From: the human T2T-CHM13v2.0 reference genome, Homo sapiens
Direction: 5' to 3' (one strand)
NCBI RefSeq assembly: GCF_009914755.1
Contig: NC_060935.1
Length of the DNA: 64,000 nt
Under the pieces are notes generated by a model that worked only from the letters and a program-made list of their open reading frames with translations, was not told the DNA's origin and searched no databases. The translations under genes were made by a program, and so were the position numbers. This document shows, piece after piece, positions 1 to 64,000 of the stretch (position 1 is its first letter; each line of letters begins with the position of its first letter).

Positions 1-472
<472 letters not shown>

Positions 473-1031
473 TCACCCAGGAGTGCAGTGGCTTCATCAT
501 AGCTCACTGCAGCCTGGGACTTCTAGGCTCTGGTGATCCTCTCACCTCTGCATCCCAAGTATCTGGGACTACAGGCACATTGCGGCTGGCTTTTTTGGGC
601 GGGGGAGTCGGAGAGTAGTATGTTCTCAGGCCCCAGAACCATGTTCAGCACATAGAAGGTAAACATTTGCTGAATGAAGCCACTTGCACGAAGTCACACG
701 CAGCTGAGATTCAAACCACACCTAACTGTGAGGAACTGTGTCAGGCACTCTGCTTAGCCAATTCCAACTCCTCCACTTGACAGCTGTGTGATTTGGGGCT
801 GGTTAGTATCCAGCGGCAGTGTGCCTCTGCTTCCTCAACTGTAAACTGGGGTGAAAGCCATGAAGATTTATTTCAAAGTATTGTGGTCAGAATTAAACGA
901 AATCAGTACATGTGAAGTGCTTACAATGATGCCTCTAGCACGGTGGCGAGACCAGAGTTTTGGCTATTTTTAAAATAACTTTACCACCTACTAGATCCTA
1001 CAAGTCACACGAGGACAGGCGAAATAGGCTA

Positions 1032-1133
<102 letters not shown>

Positions 1134-1312
1134 TTATGGAATAGAAAGCAGCCTTAGGATGAGAACCCAGGAATGGCGCCGCAGAACAGCGGTCTCTCCT
1201 TCCGCAAAACCGCGCTCCTCATACACGCAAGTTCCTCACCCTGGCGTCGCTTCACCCGAGACAAATGCCAACCCCCTCCCCGGATTCTCCCCGGTCCCAG
1301 CGCGCTACTTAC

Positions 1313-1361
1313 AGTGGGGACGCTGCGTCGATAGGGTAAAGCCGACTGGGACAGGCCCTTC
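1313..1361 (-). CDS. RPS13: RPS13 coding exon 2
   Basis: cag|G AAG GGC ... = KGLSQSALPYRRSVPT|gtaagt; 49 nt; exons 1+2 total 72 nt, in phase. Confidence 0.98.
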
Positions 1362-1502
1362 CTGGGGAGAGAAGCAGTCTCGAGGTGAGGTGGCGGCTAG
1401 TGCCAGAGCAGCCCAGAACATCATCCCCTCGGCCCGCTGCCCACACTCCCTGTCTTCCTCCCACCCCCCGCCCAGCAATCCGGCTTGATGCCCCGAGCTC
1501 AC

Positions 1503-1525
1503 CCGGGAGCATGCATGCGACCCAT
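1503..1525 (-). CDS. RPS13: RPS13 (40S ribosomal protein S13/uS15) coding exon 1
   Basis: Minus strand GCCGCCATC ATG GGT CGC ATG CAT GCT CCC GG|gtgag = MGRMHAPG, the RPS13 N-terminus; GT donor at 1502-1501. Confidence 0.98.
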
Positions 1526-1556
1526 GATGGCGGCGATCAGGCAACGAAAGGAGAGC
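1526..1556 (-). promoter_or_regulatory. RPS13: RPS13 TCT/5'TOP initiator and short 5'UTR
   Basis: Minus strand CTCTCCTTTC (1555-1546) pyrimidine tract about 30 nt before the ATG, typical of ribosomal-protein mRNAs; exact TSS inferred. Confidence 0.8.
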
Positions 1557-2354
1557 GAGAGTGGAAACGCCGCAGGAAGCCACCCAACACGCAGGAAGTG
1601 ACCTCACACGTCCCCGCTTCCTCTCACGCAGGAGGCGGAGCTACGCTGCGCAGCCACCGCCCGTCTGTGTGACTACATCTCCCGAAATGCATTTCAGCGT
1701 CGCAAGAGATCGTCAATCCAGCCTCATCCCGGCATGCATCGGTCTTTGGTCAGCCTTGTTGCCAGAGCGGGAATTTGAGGCTGACGCCAGCTTGCGTCGA
1801 AATTCCCTGTGGACGCCGAGATCACAAAGATTCGAATGCTGCGCTGGGGGTGGGTATGGAGCAGGTAGGGCTGGAAGAAGCAGCCATACACAGGTGTTTG
1901 CTCATTCACCAGTGCCTGGCTTTGTCCTGGCACTAGATCCCTCAGAGTCAGCCCTGCGCCTAATAAATTAACAGATACAATAGCATGTGATGAGGACCAC
2001 ACGGGAAGCCATGGCAGCGGCTACCGCCCAGCCAGCGCTTCCATTTCTCATTTCTAAATCCTACCCTAATCTGTCAGGGGAGAGTCGCTGACGGTGAAGA
2101 ACCGGTCTAAGGAGTTGAACCAGGTCCCCACGGATGCCTGCCGCCCTCCGCACTCGAATTCCCCTGCGCAGGGCTCTGGGGCGCTGGGCTCGCCGGGGAG
2201 AAGGGTTGGGCAGAGGCTTACGGAGCTATGTTCCCAAGTGAGAGAGTTGGCGGGCAGGGAAGAGCCTTGGGAGCAAGACTGCAAAGGCCAAGAGGATGAG
2301 GGATAAAATGAAGCATTTGAATTTCATGGGAAAAGGGAACCGTCAAGGAAGAAG

Positions 2355-3416
<1,062 letters not shown>

Positions 3417-3749
3417 TATCAGGGATAAAGAGAGAACCGTTTATAACAACAAACGGGTCAGTTCTCCAAGAAAACAACACCCCTCCCCCCCAAAAAAGCC
3501 ATAATCTGTCACTATTTGATTAATAACTTTTCCCAAAGCATTAGGAATTTTAGTCAAATCGGGTACCCTATTTGGGTAATGTTTTTTTCTAGCAAAGTTT
3601 ATCATTAGCCAATTTTACATTTTTAGTTCAGATATGGAATAGGTATCTCAAATTTAATATGACTCCAATTCCCAAACCATGCCCCTTTGTTTCAGTTAAA
3701 CACGATCCTGTTTGCTCAAACTTAATACAAACCTAGGCATCTCCGTTTT

Positions 3750-4460
3750 TCTCTGATTTCCCTCTGTCATCCCAGCTCTACCACAAGAATGTATCATGAA
3801 TATGTTCCCTTTGCCCCATTTCCACCTTCAGTCCCAGCCACCATCACCTCCTATCTGGGCAACTCTGTAGTATCCACACCGTCTGGTCACGTCCCCACTC
3901 TAAACACAACCCACTCTCCACCTAGCAGTCAGAGTGATCCATTAAATACATAAAGCAGATTAATTCATTGCTCCCCAGTGTAAATCCCTCCCATACTTTC
4001 TCAATGCACCTAAGATCCAATCCCTGGACCCACGTCTTGCCACTATCCCCCGATTCTAAACGCTCTAACCGCACTTACTCCTTTCTGACTCTACAAGGTA
4101 GCAATGTGTTCCTTTCCTGCTTAGAGCCCTTCCTCTTGCTGTTGGCACTGCCTGAAGTGCTTGCTCTTCCTCAAGACCTTTTCAGGTCTCACTTTCGCAT
4201 CCTGGCCTCCATGTCATCTCAGGGTGGCTTTCCCTAAATAGGATCATCTAAAGTAGTCCTTCTTCCCAACACAATATCCTATTGATTACTTTCAAAGCAC
4301 CCAAATCTCTAACATCCTTTCTAGTTGCTTGTTTGGTTGCCTGTCCACCTCCAATAAAAATTAGCTCTGAGAGTACAACGTTTATTGCTTTATCTCCAAC
4401 ACCCACAAGAGTGCCTGGCGGGAAGTTAGGTACTCAGTAATTATTTGAAAGAATGAACCT
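3750..4460 (+). mobile_element. L2 3' fragment
   Basis: GCCACCATCACCTC, CAGAGTGATC, GTGCCTGGC...TAGGTACTCAGTAATTATTTGAAAGAATGAA. Confidence 0.6.
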
Positions 4461-4503
4461 AAATAATGTCATTTTTCCCCCTTTGTAGATGTCTAGATTG
4501 TAG

Positions 4504-4978
<475 letters not shown>

Positions 4979-5189
4979 TAATCAAACGGTGTTTACCTTC
5001 TATTAAGCCATGCTCCATTGCCTTTATATGTGGCATGCTTTTGTGAGAGCTGCTTTTGCAAATTGGAAACTTCTAATTTTTTAGACAAAGGGAAAGTTAT
5101 AATTTTAGTATCTAGAAAATAGTTACTGTTAATGCATTTATTAAGGTCAGAAGTTCAGTGATCAAATAGCTTTACAAACTGAATTTTTA

Positions 5190-7440
<2,251 letters not shown>

Positions 7441-7496
7441 TTCAAACAAATAAAAAGAACTAAATACTGATTCTTGAAATGAAAAAATACAAGAAT

Positions 7497-8990
<1,494 letters not shown>

Positions 8991-9527
8991 TAATCTTAAA
9001 TAGGATACATTCAAAGATATCCATACCTAGGAACATCTTAGTTAATACAGATGGAACAAGGTTAGCCCTAAGGTAATAACTATTGAAGCTGTGTGATGGA
9101 TTCACCCATGGAGTTCATTATGCTGTTATCTGATTTTGTAAATGATTAAAGACTTGCATAATGAAGTTTTTCAGAAGAGTAAGGATGAAATAAAGATCCT
9201 TTTTTTTCTGACAGAAACTGTCACCCCCAAAGCTGGCTCTAATTGAGTTACTGCTCTTTCATGGTCTCTGGGCCCTTTCACATGTCATCTTAGGGTCAGA
9301 GAACCACACCTTCACACTGTTACCATTACAGGATGAAGGTACTGTATAAGAAGAATCCACATTTCTCAGTTCTGTAGATACGTCTGTAATATAACTGTTG
9401 CAGGACTACTTAATATCTTAAGTACCAAAGGCCAGGGACTATACTCACAGAAGCATTTCCCTTCTAAGAAATAGTGATGGACTGTAGCAAAGTGGTTGCA
9501 ATCCAGACCTTCAAAGAGTAACTCTCA

Positions 9528-10268
9528 GGCCCGGCGTGGTGGCTGTAATCCCAGCACTTCGGGAGGCCGAGGCGGGCGGATCACTTGAGGTCAGGAATTT
9601 GAGACCAGCCTGGCCAACACGGCGAAACCCCATCTATTAATAAGGGAGGAGACCACCCCTCATATCGTCTTATGCCCAATTTCTGCCTCCAAAGAAAGAA
9701 GTAAAAACTAAAAGGCAGAAATGAAATCCACAGGCAGACAGCCCGGTGCCACACCCCAGGCCTGGTAGTTAAAGATTGACCCCTGACCTAATGGGTTATC
9801 TATAGATTACAGACATTGTATAGAAATGCACTGTGAAAATCCCTATCCTGTTTTGTTCCGATCTAATTACCGGTGCATGCAGCCCCCAGTCACATACCCC
9901 TGGCTTGCTCAATCAATCACGACCCTCTCACACGCACCCCCTTAGAGTTGTGAGCCCTTAAAAGGGACAGGAATTGCTCCCTGGGGGGGCTCGGCTCGAG
10001 ACAGGAGTCTTGCCAATGCCCGCGGCCGAATAAACCCCTTCCTTTAACTCCGCGTCTGAGGAGTTTTGTCTGCGGCTTGTCCTGCTACACTAAAAATACA
10101 AAAATTAGCCGGGCGTGGTTGTGTGTGCCTGTAGTTCCAGCTACTCAGGAAGCTGAGGCAGGAGAATCGCTTTAACCCAGGAGATGGAGGTTGCAGTGAG
10201 CCGAGATGTCGCCACTGCACTCCAGGCCTGGGAGACAAAGTAAGACTCTGTCTCAAAAAAAAAAAAAG
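9528..10268 (+). mobile_element. AluS split by the LTR
   Basis: Left arm to ...AAACCCCATCTA, resumes CTAAAAATACAAAAATTAGCC at 10090. Confidence 0.9.
9641..10089 (+). mobile_element. Solo ERV1 LTR, HERV-E LTR2 family, inserted into an AluS
   Basis: Begins TAAGGGAGGAGACCACCCCTCAT, ends TCCTGCTACA; TATA-like CCCTTAAAAGGG at ~9955, AATAAA at 10029; 4-bp TSD TTAA/CTAA; Alu halves on both sides; subfamily from memory. Confidence 0.88.
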
Positions 10269-10449
10269 AGTTAACACTCAGAAGTCAGAATCTCTATTTG
10301 AACATTTTTAGGGGCAACTAACAGGTTAGTTCTGAAATTCAGGATTATTAAACCTAATAGACTCCTGGGTGAGATGCAAAGAACATCAAGAGTGAGCTCA
10401 TTGCAAAGTCTGGAACCAAAAATGTTAGTATGTCAACAAGGAAAGAAAT

Positions 10450-60528
<50,079 letters not shown>

Positions 60529-61157
60529 CTTTAAAAATAAAAAATAAAATAAAAATAGGTAGGTGAAATTTAAAGGACCAATTCCAGAGACGAAGTCAGA
60601 AACTAGATATCTTAGATATCCCTAACAGATATCCTCTACTCTTTTGTGATGACAAAGAAAAAACATAGCTTTTCAATTGTATAGTTTATTTCAAAGTAGG
60701 AAAAGGCAAGGCCGGGTTAATTTTCACTTCGTCTGACACAATTATTCATATGCAAATTGCTATTAATTTTACATTAGAATCAGAAGTAGAAGCATAAATT
60801 AGTAGCAAATCACTAAAACTAGAGCTATTTTTTTCTTATTCTCATTTGGAAATAATTTCCACATTGAAAATAACCCTTCTCTTCCTCCTGCAAAAATATG
60901 GTATCAAAAACCAAGTTCTTCAGAGGTCGGTCACATATTAATAACACTGGGCAACATTTACCGGAGAAGTACATATTAAGAAACATTCTTATATAATGTA
61001 TTAATTCATAAAACATTTATGCCAAACTTTTATGCCAAGTACTGTTAGAATGGGCTGAAACTCAGTACTATACCACCCCTTAAAAATTTAAATTTTTCCA
61101 CCCTTGAGGCTTGGCTACTATAAACCTTCACCTTCAAGCTTAAATGAAACCACCTAA

Positions 61158-61697
<540 letters not shown>

Positions 61698-61839
61698 TGA
61701 TACTAGAGCTAGACCCTATAAACATTTCTCTTTGCCAAGCTAGCGCATTTTTAGATTTTGTCAATTGAACACACAGAAAGGACCCTCCAAGGCCAAGAGC
61801 ATTAGGAAGACACTTCCCATCTGGGTTCCTGCCTTCTAA

Positions 61840-62226
61840 TTTTTTTAAAAAGTCTTTTAATTTTTATTACTCAAAAAAGCTTCATCTTTTATTTAGCTTT
61901 CTGACTCCCTGCTTGTGCTTTCAACACTTTCACAATGATTTTCTGCTCCTTGATAAGGAAAGCATGCTTGATCCTGTCACTAACACATTTAGCACACATG
62001 GAATCACCATAGGCCCTGCTGACATGTTTTTTGTTTTGGACAATCTCATAAGGGCTTTAGGTCTCACAGCACGAACCCCTCAAAGTCTACCTGGGTACAC
62101 ACCACATGCAGATTTTGGTGCTTTCCCAACCTTCTTGGTACAAAGGTAAACAATTCTATTACCAGGGGTTCAGGACAGGCTAGGAAAGCCTATGAGGATA
62201 TGCCAAATGCCCCGGAAGACGAAAAA
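61840..62226 (-). pseudogene. RPL34 processed pseudogene
   Basis: Minus strand encodes TPGNRIVYLCTKKVGKAPKSACGV...[45 protein letters not shown]; intronless; two CGA>TGA stops (62172-62170, 62082-62080), a 1-nt frameshift, AATAAA and an A-tail. Confidence 0.95.
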
Positions 62227-62539
62227 CAGCCAGCTTCCTTTTTTTTTTTTTTTTAATTCAGTGTGAGAGCTGAGTAGTCCTCAAAGACTACCTCTAGCTG
62301 CACCCTCATGCTATGTTCTCCTACCTGACACCTTTGGCTAAATTTATCTAGCAGGTTTCTTTGCCATAGGCAACTATGTATTCCTGTGAGAGCCATACTC
62401 TCTTCAAAGAGACTAAATTTCAGTCTAAGGTTCGGGGAGAGACTTTATCACAGTCCTCAGAGTGTTTTACTGTCCTTTTTTCCTCAGCCTAGAGGTGACA
62501 GCTGCTTTTATGCACCTCCTATCGCTGGACCCCTTAGAG

Positions 62540-62772
62540 TAGGGTTGGCAAACTTTTCCTTTAAAAGGCCAGTTAGTAAATATTTTAGGCTTTGTGGGCC
62601 ATACAGTCTCTGGCACCAATTCAGCTCTGCCATTAAAACGTGAACACAGACACAAACAATACATAAACAAATGACCAAATGACTGTCACTATAGGTCCAA
62701 TAAAACTTTATTTACAAAAACAGAGAGCAGGCCAGATTTGGTGTGTGAGCCATAGTATGCCAATTCCTGCCT
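62540..62772 (+). mobile_element. MER58A-like element
   Basis: AGGGTTGGCAAACTTTT...GTAAATATTTTAGGCTTTGTGGGCCATAC...AATAAAACTTTATTTACAAAAAC...GGCCAGATTTGG. Confidence 0.75.
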
Positions 62773-62775
62773 TAG

Positions 62776-63363
<588 letters not shown>

Positions 63364-64000
63364 TGACCTCAGGTGATCTGCCCACCTCCACCTCCTAAAG
63401 TGCTAGGATTACAGGCATGAGCCACCATGCCCTGTCTAAATTTCCCTTTTCAAGTAACTAGTACAATTTCCGTCTCCTGGCTGGCCCACGCTGATACATC
63501 TTACTACCGACATGGTCATTTCCCCAACGGCATGCCATATTTTTGCATTGGATATTTATCTAACTTTCTACCCTACATCCTGTAATACAAGCCTCCGTTA
63601 CATAAACGTCCATGTGGAAAATTCACAATATATTCAACCCCCAAATGGTATCCTATTGAAACCTTAACCACAATATCATATCTGGTTACAACCCCTTTGC
63701 TTCCAGTCCTCACACTCTGATTCTGACCAAACTCTCTTCTGTCCTCACTCCCTCATTCTGACTAAACTCTTCTCTGCTTCTTCTACCAGGCAGCTGAGCA
63801 CTTTTAGGAAAATCTTATAGATTCAACAGTCCTCAATTTCAGCACAAACTTCCACGGCACCTAAAATTCCTTTAATCTGCCCTTGGTCAGCTCTCCTTCC
63901 CATTCCCTATAGGATATTAAACCAAACCATTATTCCTTGCCTCAAAACCCCTACTGCCATCCTGACTTCATTTTAGCAAATTGAATTAACATCCTATCTT

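Larger units (their letters stand above)
1150..2300. promoter_or_regulatory. CpG-island promoter of RPS13 with ETS/GABP and ZNF143-like motifs
   Basis: High GC/CpG density against an AT-rich background; CAGGAAGTGAC at 1592-1602; ACTACATCTCCCGAAATGC at 1672-1690; YY1-like ATGGCGGC just upstream of the ATG. Confidence 0.8.

Noticed and set aside
1159-2306. Overlapping ORFs in the CpG island (e.g. 1561..1971 +, 136 aa)
   Set aside because: Long open frames are expected in GC-rich DNA; no recognisable protein; the real coding signal is spliced RPS13 on the minus strand
63701-63775. Degenerate ~35-bp tandem duplication (ATTCTGACCAAACTCT / ATTCTGACTAAACTCT)
   Set aside because: Two diverged copies in pyrimidine-rich intron; consistent with simple slippage

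Overview
Human genomic DNA (chr11p15.1, recognised from the encoded proteins; an AluYb8 supports human origin), AT-rich and very Alu-dense. Two protein-coding genes lie in tandem on the minus strand. (1) The 3' two-thirds of PIK3C2A (class II PI3-kinase alpha): 25 coding exons from 60528 to the TAA stop at 13628-13630, hand-spliced with canonical GT-AG sites and consistent phases (3357 nt = 1118 aa + stop), then a ~3.2-kb 3'UTR ending near AATAAA at 10464-10469. (2) The CpG-rich promoter and first three coding exons of RPS13 (ATG at 1525), which continues off the left edge. Non-coding cargo includes a U6 snRNA retrocopy, an RPL34 processed pseudogene, a solo HERV-E (LTR2-family) LTR inserted into an Alu, MLT1A, MADE1, MER20/MER58, L1/L2/MIR fragments and dozens of Alus. 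Nearly all ORF-track entries are Alu artefacts. The least explained signal is a ~100-nt hairpin at 27002-27100 (25-bp perfect core, wobble pairs favouring the + strand) inside a + strand GT...AG intron-like unit antisense to PIK3C2A. Also notable: several template-switch scars (5413-6581, 32342-32400), the convergent LTR next to the PIK3C2A polyA site, and several splice-regulatory oddities. No new biological system can be demonstrated from sequence alone; these are testable leads.
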